The notes under the pieces: generated by a model
What the model was told of the DNA's origin: nothing
Seen by the model: the letters and a program-made list of their open reading frames with translations, nothing else
Database searches by the model: none
In this document: positions 38,210 through 48,002 of the stretch, one piece after another
Numbering within the stretch: the first letter of the stretch is position 1
How the letters are laid out: each line of letters opens with the position of its first letter
Translations under genes and position numbers: made by a program
Assembly: GCA_965116905.1 (NCBI GenBank)
Contig: OZ220732.1
Location: forward strand, 352,001-416,000
Length of the DNA stretch: 64,000 nucleotides
Direction: 5' to 3'
From: Longimicrobiales bacterium
GTDB lineage: Bacteria; Gemmatimonadota; Gemmatimonadetes; Longimicrobiales; Gaopeijiaceae

Positions 38210-39376
38210 ATGCTCGTACAGAACCGCCGCGATTTTCTGAAAGCCACCGCGGCCGCCGCAGGGGCCTTCGGCCTCGGCGCGGCTTGCGCCCCATACGCAG
38301 ACCAGGGTGACGGCTCCCCCGCCCCCATGACCATCCTGGTCCTGGGCGGCACCGGGTTCATCGGCCCCCACATGGTCGAGTACGCGGTGTCACGGGGACA
38401 CACCGTCTCGCTCTTCAACCGCGGCCGCACCAACACCCACCTCTTCCCCGACCTCGAAAAGCTCGTCGGCGACCGGGACGGCGACCTCGCCGCGCTGGAG
38501 GGCCGGCGCTGGGACGCGGTCATCGACAACTCGGGTTTCTTCCCCCGGCACGTGCGCGACTCGGCCACGCTGCTCGCCGACTCGGGCCGCTACATGTTCG
38601 TGTCGTCCATTTCCGCCTACAAGGACCTGACCCCTCACGGCATCACCGAGGACTACGAGGTCGGACGGATGGAGGACCCCACGGTCGAGGAGATGACCAA
38701 CACCACCTATGGCCCCCTCAAGGCCCTGTGTGAAGAGGCCGTTCAGGAGATCTTCGGCGAACGGGCGAACATCGTGCGCCCCGGCTACATCGTAGGGCCC
38801 GGCGACGGCAGCGACCGGTGGACCTATTGGCCGGTGCGCGTGGCGGCGGGTGGCGACATGGTCGTGCCCGGTCTGCCCGAGGACCCGGTCCAGTTCATCG
38901 ACGCCCGCGACCTTGGCGGGTGGATGGTGCGCATGTTGGAGAACGAAGTCGGCGGCGTGTTCAACGGGGTGGGCCCGGCCGAGTCCGTGAATATGCGTCA
39001 GATGGTGGAGGCTTGCCGGGACGTGAGCGGCAGCGACACCGCGTTTCACTGGGTCGACGCCGATTTCGTCGAGGATCAGGGCTGCATGTTCCCCATATGG
39101 AACCCCACGACGGGAGACTGGGGCGGCGCGCACCTGGTCGACCATTCCCGTTCGATTGCGGCCGGGTACACGAGCCGCCCGATCGCCGACACGATCCGCG
39201 ATACGCTGGCGTGGTGGAACGGACTGACCGATGAGGACCGGCCCGGCGGCGGAATGCGGAGCGGCTTGCGCAAACGGCCCGAGCCGGGCTCCGAAATGCG
39301 GCCGGGTCCCGTGACGATCGAGGAGATGATGGAAATCGAGGCGGCACTGCTCGAGGCCTGGGCAGCGCGTGCTTAG
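38210..39376 (+). CDS. NAD-dependent epimerase/dehydratase (extended SDR) with Tat signal
   Basis: NRRDFLK; GGTGFIG; YGPLK; RPGYIVGP. Confidence 0.85.
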   Translation: MLVQNRRDFLKATAAAAGAFGLGAACAPYADQGDGSPAPMTILVLGGTGFIGPHMVEYAVSRGHTVSLFNRGRTNTHLFPDLEKLVGDRDGDLAALEGRRWDAVIDNSGFFPRHVRDSATLLADSGRYMFVSSISAYKDLTPHGITEDYEVGRMEDPTVEEMTNTTYGPLKALCEEAVQEIFGERANIVRPGYIVGPGDGSDRWTYWPVRVAAGGDMVVPGLPEDPVQFIDARDLGGWMVRMLENEVGGVFNGVGPAESVNMRQMVEACRDVSGSDTAFHWVDADFVEDQGCMFPIWNPTTGDWGGAHLVDHSRSIAAGYTSRPIADTIRDTLAWWNGLTDEDRPGGGMRSGLRKRPEPGSEMRPGPVTIEEMMEIEAALLEAWAARA

Positions 39377-39399
39377 GAACAGACGAGGAGAAGGCTGAC

Positions 39400-39747
39400 A
39401 TGGAGGTGAACTGGTCGCGGAACGAAGGTGTGCTGATCGCGAAGCCCGTGGGGCGCATCTTCAGTTCGAACTACCTGGAATGGCAGAGTGAACTCGAGTC
39501 CGGCATCAAGCCGGGCGACAATGCGATGGTGGTCGATTTCGAGCAGGTCCCGTACCTCAGCAGCGCGGGATTGCGCGTTCTGTTGACCACCGCCAGGCAG
39601 TTCGACGGACCCGACCAGGCGTTCGGCATTTCCACCCTCACCCGCGCGGTGCGCAAGGTGCTGGCCGCCAGCGGCTTCGATCAGATGATCACCGTGTACG
39701 AATCCGAGGCGGCGGCCGTCGCCGCGATCAACGGCAGCCGCTCCTAG
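39400..39747 (+). CDS. STAS-domain anti-sigma-factor antagonist
   Basis: VVDFEQVPYLSSAGLRVLL; VRKVLAASGF. Confidence 0.85.
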   Translation: MEVNWSRNEGVLIAKPVGRIFSSNYLEWQSELESGIKPGDNAMVVDFEQVPYLSSAGLRVLLTTARQFDGPDQAFGISTLTRAVRKVLAASGFDQMITVYESEAAAVAAINGSRS

Positions 39748-39753
39748 CCGGGC

Positions 39754-40605
39754 CTAGTCGGGCCCGGCCCCGGCCTTCCAGCGGTCGTACCGCATTCTCA
39801 GGGTGACCACCGGGTTGGCGTTCTCGCCCTCCTCGATGTTCTCGTCGGTGACGTCGATAAAGAGCGAATACTCGCCGTCGTTGAACGACTCCCCTTCCGG
39901 ATCGTCCGCGTTCGCCACGAGGATGTAGGCCACGTGTGAGGTCTTGCCGTCGCAGGGGACGTGGTCGAGTACCGGCTCCGATTCGCAGGTACAGCGACCG
40001 TCGCCACCCGCCGCATCAGCGGCCTCCATCGCGGCCATGACCCGGTCGGCCATTGTGCCGCCCTCGGATTTGAACGCCTCGACCGCCAGGTGCACCACGT
40101 CGTCCGAGGCCAGGATGTTGCCCTGCACCGAGAAATGGATCCCCGCATCGGGAACGCTGTCGGCCACGGCCAGCGACGCCTCCCGGTTGCCGCTCCCCGA
40201 GTGGCCCGCACAGCGTCCCTGCAGGTCCACGATCCCGAACTGGCGGCTTTCGAAATCCGGATCCTCCGAGAGCATCTCGATGATCTCTTCGGGTGCCGTG
40301 CCCGCCCTGAGTTCCCGGTAGATCAGTTCCTGGTTGGCACGCGTGCGATCGACTCCGGCCTGCGCCGCCGCGACCGCCACCCCCGGCACCACGATGGCCT
40401 GAATGTCCATCAGGCCCTTGGCCGGGAATCTGGGGAACCGCCCCTGCGCCACGCACGTCGCCGACGCGATCACCACCTGTCCGGTGCGCGTATCGATCGC
40501 AATCACGGACCACGTGGCGGATAGCAACGCGGGGAAAAGCGCGAGCACAACGAGCGAAGCGAGCAGGCCGCGGGCTTGCCGTCCCAAACCGTAGCGGGTC
40601 ATCAT
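39754..40605 (-). CDS. DUF1028 (Ntn-hydrolase-like) exported protein
   Basis: Signal then [33 protein letters not shown]. Confidence 0.8.
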   Translation of the reverse strand: MMTRYGLGRQARGLLASLVVLALFPALLSATWSVIAIDTRTGQVVIASATCVAQGRFPRFPAKGLMDIQAIVVPGVAVAAAQAGVDRTRANQELIYRELRAGTAPEEIIEMLSEDPDFESRQFGIVDLQGRCAGHSGSGNREASLAVADSVPDAGIHFSVQGNILASDDVVHLAVEAFKSEGGTMADRVMAAMEAADAAGGDGRCTCESEPVLDHVPCDGKTSHVAYILVANADDPEGESFNDGEYSLFIDVTDENIEEGENANPVVTLRMRYDRWKAGAGPD

Positions 40606-40732
40606 AACCTCCGTTTTGGCGTTCTTGAGTCGACAAACGTTCGAGAACGGAACCGGTCGCGCAAGGCGGCCCCGCACTCACACCGGCCGGAAAGCCGCAG
40701 CGCTCGGCCCCCCGGCCAGGGAGCAGCTAGAG

Positions 40733-42220
40733 GTGTCCGACAAGATCACTCGCAGAACCTTCGTCGACCACGGGTCCAGGCTCGCCATGGGCGCGATGAT
40801 CGTCCCTCGCCACGTGCTGGGCGGCCCGGGATACCAGGCGCCGTCCGACCGCCTCAACATCGCGATCATCGGAGTCGGCGGGCAGGGCACCGAGAACGCC
40901 CAGGAGTTCGGGACCGAGCACATCGCCGCGATCTGCGACGTGGACTTCGGCGTCGTGCACAGACGTGTCCAGGAGCGCATGACCGATGGCGACGGCAATC
41001 CACGCGAAAAAGGCTACCGCTGGCGCGACCAGTTCTTCGAAGCCCGCCAGTACACGGACTTCCGCGAGTTGCTGGACCGCGAGGACGACCTCGACGCAGT
41101 CCTCGTCGCCACCCCCGATCACCTCCACGCCCCCATCGCGAAGGCTGCGATGGAAGCGGGCAAGCACATCTTCGTCGAGAAGCCGCTGACCTACACCGTC
41201 CACGAGGCTCGCGCGCTCGCCGAGATCGCACAGCGCACAGGCGTCGTCACCCAGATGGGGAACCAGGGCCATTCGGGAGACAGCGCGCGCCTTGTCAACG
41301 AGTGGGTCCAGGCCGGGGTCATCGGCGACGTGACCGAGGTGCACATCTGGACCAACCGGCCGATCTGGCCGCAGGGGATCCATCGTCCGGAGCGCTGGGA
41401 GGAAGGACTGAACCCCGGCTGGTACCAGCAGTGGCACCAGGGCGCGATCCTGTCGGTGGCGGCGGACGTCATGGACGCCGGCTACGCCCTGCCCGAGGGC
41501 ATGGACTGGGACCTCTACCTGGGGCCGACCACGAAGGAGATCCCCTACCATCCCATCTACCACCCCTTCAACTGGCGCGGCTGGGTCGACTTCGGGGTCA
41601 GCGCGCTCGGCGACATGGGCGCGCACCTGGTCGACCACCCCTACTGGGCCCTCGGCCTCACCTACCCGACCACCGTCGAGGCCACCTCCACCCCCTGGGG
41701 CGGCCCGCAGGACGATCCCGCTTCCTTCCCGCTGGCCATGCGCGCGCACTACGAGTTCCCGGCCCGCGGCTCCATGCCGGCGCTCGACCTGCACTGGTAC
41801 GACGGCGGCCTCATGCCCCCCCGCCCGTCCGCACTTCCCGACGACGTCGACCTCAACCGCACGGGCGGCGTCATGTTCGTCGGCGACCGCGGCATCCTGA
41901 TGCACGGCACCTATGGCCGGAATCCCCGGCTCTTCCCCGAGTCGCTGGCCGCCGAAGCCGCAGAGGTCCCCCAGACCCAGCCGCGGATCGAGGAGACCCA
42001 CCAGATGAACTGGGTGAAGGCCTGCAAGGAGGGCGGCGAGGCGTCATGCCCCTTCGACTACGCGTCCCGTCTGACCGAGGTCATGCTCCTGGGGATCGTC
42101 GCGCTCCGCACCGGACAGGGGAAGAAGATCCGCTATGACGCGGACGCGATGCGCGTGACGAACGTCGAGGAGGCCAACCGGTATCTGACGCGCGAGTATC
42201 GGGCGGGCTGGGAGGTCTGA
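40733..42220 (+). CDS. Gfo/Idh/MocA oxidoreductase with Tat signal
   Basis: TRRTFV; IGVGGQG; ATPDHLH; EKP; QMGNQ; GDMGAH. Confidence 0.88.
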   Translation: MSDKITRRTFVDHGSRLAMGAMIVPRHVLGGPGYQAPSDRLNIAIIGVGGQGTENAQEFGTEHIAAICDVDFGVVHRRVQERMTDGDGNPREKGYRWRDQFFEARQYTDFRELLDREDDLDAVLVATPDHLHAPIAKAAMEAGKHIFVEKPLTYTVHEARALAEIAQRTGVVTQMGNQGHSGDSARLVNEWVQAGVIGDVTEVHIWTNRPIWPQGIHRPERWEEGLNPGWYQQWHQGAILSVAADVMDAGYALPEGMDWDLYLGPTTKEIPYHPIYHPFNWRGWVDFGVSALGDMGAHLVDHPYWALGLTYPTTVEATSTPWGGPQDDPASFPLAMRAHYEFPARGSMPALDLHWYDGGLMPPRPSALPDDVDLNRTGGVMFVGDRGILMHGTYGRNPRLFPESLAAEAAEVPQTQPRIEETHQMNWVKACKEGGEASCPFDYASRLTEVMLLGIVALRTGQGKKIRYDADAMRVTNVEEANRYLTREYRAGWEV

Positions 42221-42260
42221 GGCTCGCGGGCTCCGGGTAGGCCCGTCGTACCGACCGGTA

Positions 42261-42302
42261 TTGACAGGTATGGTAGATTACATATATCGTATATTGACGA
42301 TA
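42261..42302 (+). promoter_or_regulatory. arsR promoter with palindromic operator
   Basis: AT-rich patch: TTGACA 42261-42266, TGn-TAGATT 42271-42279, inverted repeat TATCGT-N6-ACGATA 42285-42302. Confidence 0.65.
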
Positions 42303-42339
42303 AACGATCTCACCACGCAAACGGGAGAACGGGAGACCG

Positions 42340-42678
42340 ATGGGAGTCACCAGAACACGCAAGACCGGCTTTGCTGCCGAGGTCGTTCGGACCGCGCGTT
42401 GGGGGAGGGCGCTCGCGCACCCCGCCCGCGTGACGATTCTGACCTTGCTTGCCGAGCGGCGAACGTGCGTGTGCGGTGAGATCGTGGACGACCTTCCCCT
42501 GGCGCAGTCGACCGTCTCCCAGCATCTGCGGGTGCTTCGCGAGGAAGGCCTGATCAAGGGAGAAGTGGATGGAACGCGATCATGCTATTGCATCGACGCG
42601 GAACAGGTCCGGGCCATGATGGCGGACCTCGGTCGGCTCGGCGCCAGCCTGGCGCGGGAGGCAGCCTGTGACTGCTGA
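42340..42678 (+). CDS. arsR: ArsR/SmtB metalloregulator
   Basis: [18 protein letters not shown] (alpha3 Cys site), [14 protein letters not shown], terminal CDC. Confidence 0.9.
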   Translation: MGVTRTRKTGFAAEVVRTARWGRALAHPARVTILTLLAERRTCVCGEIVDDLPLAQSTVSQHLRVLREEGLIKGEVDGTRSCYCIDAEQVRAMMADLGRLGASLAREAACDC

Positions 42679-42726
42679 CCGGATGAAAGCAGGACCAACA
42701 CGTCAACCCCAATCATGGAGGACACG

Positions 42727-42786
42727 ATGACAAACGTCTGCGGTTGTTGCTGCGACGGCGGCTGTTGCTGCGGCCCCTGCTGCTGA
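42727..42786 (+). CDS. 19-aa Cys-rich micro-peptide (candidate mini-metallothionein)
   Basis: GGAGG at 42717-42721; MTNVCGCCCDGGCCCGPCC*; between arsR and a strong hairpin; alternative in-frame ATG at 42715. Confidence 0.75.
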   Translation: MTNVCGCCCDGGCCCGPCC

Positions 42787-42816
42787 GCGACCCCGGCAAG
42801 CTTCCGACGCTTCAAA

Positions 42817-42847
42817 GGGGGTCGGTCAGCCGGATCGGCCGACCCCC
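42817..42847 (+). terminator. Terminator-like hairpin closing the arsR/micro-peptide unit
   Basis: GGGGGTCGGTC-N9-GGCCGACCCCC, 11-bp stem with one G-U pair; no U-tract. Confidence 0.6.
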
Positions 42848-42929
42848 AGGGGCTTGCGACAACCCCATTCCCGCCCCGATATCTGATTAACAGCTCCAGG
42901 CCCGAGAACGTGCAATCAGGGAATCCGAC

Positions 42930-44072
42930 ATGACTCACACGCGCCGCCGCTTCCTTGCCACCTCCGCCGCCGCTGCTGGCGCTGCCGCCCTCACGCCTGG
43001 CCAGGCGTTGTCCGCTGAGGGTTCGCGGGCGGGCTCCCGGGGCGGCACCGCCCCACACCCCGCCCCGCCCACCACCTCCTCCCGCAACCCCCTCCGGATC
43101 CTCATCCTGGGCGGCACCGGCTTCATCGGCCCGCACCAGGTGCGGTACGCCATGTACCGGGGCCATGAGGTCACGATCTTCAACCGCGGCCGCACCGCTC
43201 CCGACCTCTTCCCTGGCGTGGAGGCACTCATCGGGGACCGCGACGGCCAGCTCGACGCCCTGCGCGGCCGCACATGGGACGCCGTCATCGACAACAGCGG
43301 CTACGTTCCCCGCCACGTGCGCGACTCGGTGGCCCTCCTGCAGGATTCCGTCGGGCGCTACCTCTTCACGTCCACCGGATCGGTCTACAGCTTCGACCAG
43401 GACGAGATCACCGAGGACGGCGTGCTGCTTCCCATCGAGGACCCCGACAGCGAGGACGTCAACCGCTACTACGGGCCGCTCAAGATCCTGTGTGAGAACG
43501 CGGTCACCGACGTCTTCAGGGAGCGCGGCACCGTGCTGCGCCTGCACGTCGTGGCGGGGCCCGGCGACACCACCGACCGATACACCTATTGGCCCGTCCG
43601 GATCGACCATGGCGGCGAGATCATCGCGCCGGGCAGCCAGCACACGCCGGTGCAGTACATCGACGTGCGCGACCTGGCCGAGTTCATGATCCTGTGCCTC
43701 GAGCGCGACATCGGCGGCACCTACAACGCGGCAGGTCCCAACCTCGACCCGACCTCGATGGCCGAGTTCCTGTACGGCGTGCGCGCCATCACCGGCACGC
43801 CGCTGTCGTTCACCTGGATCGACGAGCAGTTCCTGGCGGATCGGGAAGCCCGCTTCCAGCTGTGGTATCCGCCCACCGAAGGCCCGATCCGCGGCCTGTC
43901 ACGGGTGCGGTCCCACAAGGCGGTCGCCGCCGGCCTCAAGTTCCGGCCGCTGGCGGAAACGGCGCTGGACACGCTGCACTGGTTCAAGTCGCTGCCCGAG
44001 GAGCGCCGGAACGCCTTCGAACTCAACCTGGAGCGGGATCAGGCGATCCTTGAGGAGTGGAAGGCGCGGTAG
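42930..44072 (+). CDS. NAD-dependent epimerase/dehydratase with Tat signal (paralog of 38210-39376)
   Basis: TRRRFL; GGTGFIG; YGPLK; DRYTYWPVR. Confidence 0.85.
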   Translation: MTHTRRRFLATSAAAAGAAALTPGQALSAEGSRAGSRGGTAPHPAPPTTSSRNPLRILILGGTGFIGPHQVRYAMYRGHEVTIFNRGRTAPDLFPGVEALIGDRDGQLDALRGRTWDAVIDNSGYVPRHVRDSVALLQDSVGRYLFTSTGSVYSFDQDEITEDGVLLPIEDPDSEDVNRYYGPLKILCENAVTDVFRERGTVLRLHVVAGPGDTTDRYTYWPVRIDHGGEIIAPGSQHTPVQYIDVRDLAEFMILCLERDIGGTYNAAGPNLDPTSMAEFLYGVRAITGTPLSFTWIDEQFLADREARFQLWYPPTEGPIRGLSRVRSHKAVAAGLKFRPLAETALDTLHWFKSLPEERRNAFELNLERDQAILEEWKAR

Positions 44073-45864
44073 GGTCCCCATAGAACCGCCACGCCGCCCG
44101 GAAGTCCCGCGGCGGCGCCTCGCCAAGCAGCCGCGCCCGCACCATCTCGATCGGCATGCGCCCTCCCTGCAGGATCGTGTCGTGGAACTCCCGCTCGGTC
44201 ATCTGGCCGCCGCCGACCAGCTGCTCCTGCAGTGTGCGGATCTGCAGGCCGCCCAGCATGTACGCGGCCTGGTACAGCGGCGAGTAGTTCCCGTTGAAGG
44301 AGCGGCGCACCTCGGCCGTCGCGTTCGCGGGCTCGTGGCCGACCCGGTCCACCAGGAAGGCGATCGCTTCGTCGGGCGTCATCTCGCCCAGGTGAAAGCT
44401 CAGCGAGAAGATGATCCGGGCGGCCCGGTGCATGCGCCAGAACAGCATCCCGATCCGGTCCTCGGGCGTCGACGGGAACCCCATGTCCCACAGCCGCATC
44501 TCCCAGTAGAGCGCCCACCCCTCGCCCCAGAACGGCGTCCGGAAGAGGTTGCGGTGCGAGTTGTAGCGCTCGGTCATGAAGCCCTGCAGGTGATGCCCGG
44601 GGATCAGTTCATGGTGCACCGTCGCGCGCGCGAAGTGGATGTTGTTTCCGCGCATGCTCATGCGTTTCTCGTCGTGCGTCATCCCGTCGGTCGGGAACGA
44701 GACGCGGATGACCTCGCCGCCCAGGAAGAACGGCGCCACGCGCTGACGTTCGGGTGACATCATCTCCAGCCGCCACACCTCGTCCGCCAGCGGCGGAAGC
44801 GTCAACAGGTCCCGCTCCTCGAGGAAGTCGACCGCCTCCTGCGCCAGCTCCACGATCAGTTCGGGCTGCCGGCCCGGCTCCACGTGCAGCGTCTTCACGT
44901 GCTCCAGCGCCGCCCGCCAGTCGTCCCCGTACCCCAGGTCCCGCGACGCCTCCAGCATGCGAGCGTCGCACCACGCGAACTCGCGCTCGGCGATCGCGAT
45001 CAGCTCTTCGGGCGTGTACGGGATCATCTCGTAGATCAGGTCCGCCTCCATGCCGTCCCGCCCGATCGGGTCGCCCACGATCGGCTCCTCCGCGCCCTCG
45101 GGCCAGCCGACAATCCGCTCGCGCAGCGTCAGCAGGTAACGGTCCAGCGCCCCGTCGGCCTCTCCGTACGGCTGCCGGGCCCACCAGGTGAAGAGGGGGT
45201 CGTAGCCCTCGTAGTGGCGGTACCACGCGCCGAGAGCCCTGGTGTAGGATTCGAGGAGCCGCACGGCCCGGAGTCCGGTGATCGGCGTCGGGGTCGGCTG
45301 CCCATCCCCGTCCCCCCCAGCCCCCCCGGCGGCTGCGCGGGACTTCAGCGCGCGGTCGGCGGCGGCCACCGCTTCGGCCAGCGCCGCCAGTTCCCCTGCG
45401 ATCGTCTGCCCGTCGACCTCCTTGCGCGAGTGGCGAATATCCAGCAACCCGACGAGGTCGTCCGCGAAAGGCAGCAGCGGAAGCACCTCGGCCACCATGC
45501 GCCCCTCCCGCTCGAGCAGCTCGCGGCGATACCGCACCTCACTGCCGAGCAAAACGAGATCGATGCTGCCGTCCACGTCGTCGGGAGCGACCCGAAGCGC
45601 GTCCAGCTCCTTGGCCCACCCGGCCAGGAATCCGCGCATGCGGTCCTGGCGCGCCGCCGAATAGGGGATGTCGGCCCACCGGCGCTCCAGTACACCCAGG
45701 TCGGAGCTGAAGCGCTCGACGACCTGCGCCAGGCTGGATTCCTGGAAGGCTGCGATTCCCTCCAGGCCCGGGGTGGGCGCGCTGGCCTGTCCCGATGCTG
45801 TTCCCGGCGCGGCCACCACCGCTGCCAGTGTCCACAGAAGCCGTCCAAGGCGATGAGTTTTCAC
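44023..45864 (-). CDS. DUF885 family protein (putative metallopeptidase)
   Basis: HHELIPGHHLQ, EGWALYWE, YQAAYMLG; GAGGAG before GTG 45864. Confidence 0.85.
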   Translation of the reverse strand: MKTHRLGRLLWTLAAVVAAPGTASGQASAPTPGLEGIAAFQESSLAQVVERFSSDLGVLERRWADIPYSAARQDRMRGFLAGWAKELDALRVAPDDVDGSIDLVLLGSEVRYRRELLEREGRMVAEVLPLLPFADDLVGLLDIRHSRKEVDGQTIAGELAALAEAVAAADRALKSRAAAGGAGGDGDGQPTPTPITGLRAVRLLESYTRALGAWYRHYEGYDPLFTWWARQPYGEADGALDRYLLTLRERIVGWPEGAEEPIVGDPIGRDGMEADLIYEMIPYTPEELIAIAEREFAWCDARMLEASRDLGYGDDWRAALEHVKTLHVEPGRQPELIVELAQEAVDFLEERDLLTLPPLADEVWRLEMMSPERQRVAPFFLGGEVIRVSFPTDGMTHDEKRMSMRGNNIHFARATVHHELIPGHHLQGFMTERYNSHRNLFRTPFWGEGWALYWEMRLWDMGFPSTPEDRIGMLFWRMHRAARIIFSLSFHLGEMTPDEAIAFLVDRVGHEPANATAEVRRSFNGNYSPLYQAAYMLGGLQIRTLQEQLVGGGQMTEREFHDTILQGGRMPIEMVRARLLGEAPPRDFRAAWRFYGDPTAPSTPQGSPDPAPG

Positions 45865-45954
45865 GAGTCCCTCCTCATGAGCGTACATTGGACGCCCCGG
45901 CCGGGGCCGCGCTCCTGCGACCCTCGTGCCGACGCCCACTTGGACTCTGAACCC

Positions 45955-47220
45955 ATGCAGGTATTCGGGCAACACGAGCAGCAGACGCTGGGCCAGCTCA
46001 CGCGCGTCGCGCAGCGGGCCGAACACGCCGCGCTGATGGCAGACGGCCACCTCGGCTACGTCATGCCGATCGGTGGCGTGGCGGCCTACCGCAACCAGGT
46101 GAGCGTGGCGGGCGTGGGGTTCGACATCGCGTGCGGGAACGCGGCGATCCGCACGGATCTCGGCCTGGACGACCTCGGCGACCGTCCCGGCGGTCTCCGG
46201 CGCAGCCTCGACCGCATCGGCGACGAGATTCAGGATGGCCTCACCTTCGGGATCGGCGGCACGAACAAGTCATCCGATGCCCCCGCGGACCACCCCCTCT
46301 TCGAAGACCCGGCCTGGAAAGCCGTCCCGTCCCGGCATCGCGCGGCCCTGCGCGACAAGGCCCGCAAGCAGCTGGGCACGGTGGGGTCGGGCAACCACTA
46401 CGTCGACGTCTTCGCCGACGAACAGGACCGCATCTGGGTGGGCGTCCACTTCGGGTCGCGCGGCTTCGGCCACACCGTCGCCTCGTCGTTCCTCGCCATC
46501 GGCCAGGGCGCCGAATGGGGCACCCGTGTGCCCGAGGCGGAGATCATCCTCGACCTGAACGCACCCGTCGGCCACGACTACTGGCACCTCATGAACCTGG
46601 CGGGCCGCTATGCGTACGCCGGGCGCGAGTGGGCGGTGCGCAAGGCCGTCGAGATCGTCGGCGGGCGCGAGGTCGAACTGGTCCACAACCACCACAACTT
46701 CGCCTGGGAAGAGGAGCACTTCGGCGAGACGTTCGTGGTGGTGCGCAAAGGGGCGACGCCGGCGTTCCCGGGTCAGAAGGGGTTCGTGGGCGGCTCGATG
46801 GGGGATGATTCGGTGATTCTGGAGGGGACGCGGGTAGACGAGGGCCCGACAGGCCGTCGCGAGCACGGCGGACGCCGCGGCCGCGGGCCTTCAGGCGACC
46901 CGCTCCCCACCACCAACACACTCCAGGCCCGGGCCCTGTATTCCACCGTCCACGGTGCCGGCCGCGTCATGAGCCGCACCGCCGCGCGCGGAAAGCGCCA
47001 CCGCCGCACGGGCAAGGTGCTGAAGCACGGGAAGGTGTCCCGCGAGATGATGAACGACTGGGTGGATCGCAAAGGTGTCGTGCTGCGCGGCGGCGGAACG
47101 GACGAGAGTCCTCACGTGTACCGGAGGCTGTCCGAGGTGCTGGCCGCCCAAGGCGACACGGTCAAGGTGCTGCACACGCTCCGGCCGTTGGTGGTGGTGA
47201 TGGCGGGTGCGGGCTGGTAG
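45955..47220 (+). CDS. rtcB: RtcB RNA ligase
   Basis: DGHLGY, GFDIACG, GSGNHY, HFGSRG, HNHHN, RKGATP, GSMG, STVHGAGR, DESP. Confidence 0.92.
   Translation: MQVFGQHEQQTLGQLTRVAQRAEHAALMADGHLGYVMPIGGVAAYRNQVSVAGVGFDIACGNAAIRTDLGLDDLGDRPGGLRRSLDRIGDEIQDGLTFGIGGTNKSSDAPADHPLFEDPAWKAVPSRHRAALRDKARKQLGTVGSGNHYVDVFADEQDRIWVGVHFGSRGFGHTVASSFLAIGQGAEWGTRVPEAEIILDLNAPVGHDYWHLMNLAGRYAYAGREWAVRKAVEIVGGREVELVHNHHNFAWEEEHFGETFVVVRKGATPAFPGQKGFVGGSMGDDSVILEGTRVDEGPTGRREHGGRRGRGPSGDPLPTTNTLQARALYSTVHGAGRVMSRTAARGKRHRRTGKVLKHGKVSREMMNDWVDRKGVVLRGGGTDESPHVYRRLSEVLAAQGDTVKVLHTLRPLVVVMAGAGW
46824..46908. repeat. Imperfect palindromic element inserted in-frame in rtcB
   Basis: Left arm ggggacgcgggtagacgagggcccg versus reverse complement of right arm ggggagcgggtcgcctgaaggcccg. 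Confidence 0.6.
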
Positions 47221-47255
47221 GGGCGGACTGGCCGGGCTCGGCAAAGGACTCAAGC

Positions 47256-47921
47256 ATGATCAGTGCCACCGATTTCGGTCAAGGACCAAATGGCTCCGGC
47301 GACGCGCCCGCCTGCCCCTGCCGCTGGCGGCTAGCGCGAGTCGCCGCCGTCACCCTGGCGAGCGCGCTCACACTCGGTTGTGCCAGCCGTGTCGTCGGAG
47401 CGGGCTCGGACACCGTCGAGGGCCAAGCCATTCTGGCAGCGCTTGAACACGTGGCCGAGATCATGTGGGAGCCCGAGCGGGAGATTGTAGTGGGCGGGAG
47501 GGCGGCCATCGCCCATGACGGCGAAAGGTCGCTTACGGCGTCCACGCGCAGCTTCCTGGATACAGCCTTCGAAGCCCGCAACTGGCGGTGGTCCACGGAA
47601 AACCCGCTCACTACGGAGAATTGCAGGTTCCCAACGGACTTCTGCCGACTGAAGGATCCGACGGAACTGCATCTGAGCTTCGCCGTGTGGCCCTGGCCCG
47701 GAGAGGAAGACTACGCTGGTGATGCATCCTCGCTTTCGGCCAACGGATTCGTCGTGCAGCCCGTCGCGGGCAAGGAGGGGTACAAGGTCCACGTCGAATG
47801 GCTGAGCAGCCTTGCCCTACGGGAAGGCGGGCACCGCGCAGTCCTGGGTGGCGAGGAATTGCTGGTCACCCGGCAACCCGAAGGATGGGTGGTCGAGGTC
47901 ATGGGGAGCTGGATCAGCTGA
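47256..47921 (+). CDS. Hypothetical lipoprotein
   Basis: Hydrophobic stretch ending TLGC; fills gap; no recognised motif. Confidence 0.5.
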   Translation: MISATDFGQGPNGSGDAPACPCRWRLARVAAVTLASALTLGCASRVVGAGSDTVEGQAILAALEHVAEIMWEPEREIVVGGRAAIAHDGERSLTASTRSFLDTAFEARNWRWSTENPLTTENCRFPTDFCRLKDPTELHLSFAVWPWPGEEDYAGDASSLSANGFVVQPVAGKEGYKVHVEWLSSLALREGGHRAVLGGEELLVTRQPEGWVVEVMGSWIS

Positions 47922-47968
47922 GGCAGGACAGACGCGCCGGACACAGCGAGGAACCGGGATGAGAAAAT

Positions 47969-47991
47969 GGATTGGCCACCCAGGCCAATCC
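47969..47991 (-). terminator. Intrinsic terminator after paralog P5
   Basis: GGATTGGCC-N5-GGCCAATCC followed by ATTTTCT on the minus strand. Confidence 0.65.
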
Positions 47992-48002
47992 TGGCGCCCC
48001 TA

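Noticed and set aside
35665..38310. 881-aa plus-strand ORF
   Set aside because: Antisense to the M28 peptidase and phoX
42683..42730. 15-codon ORF overlapping the micro-peptide start (ATGA)
   Set aside because: No RBS or compositional signal; probably chance, though translational coupling cannot be excluded
42585..43643. Minus-strand ORF with a Gln-rich tract (QQQGPQQQPPSQQQ)
   Set aside because: It is the reverse complement of the Cys codons of the micro-peptide and of the SDR gene
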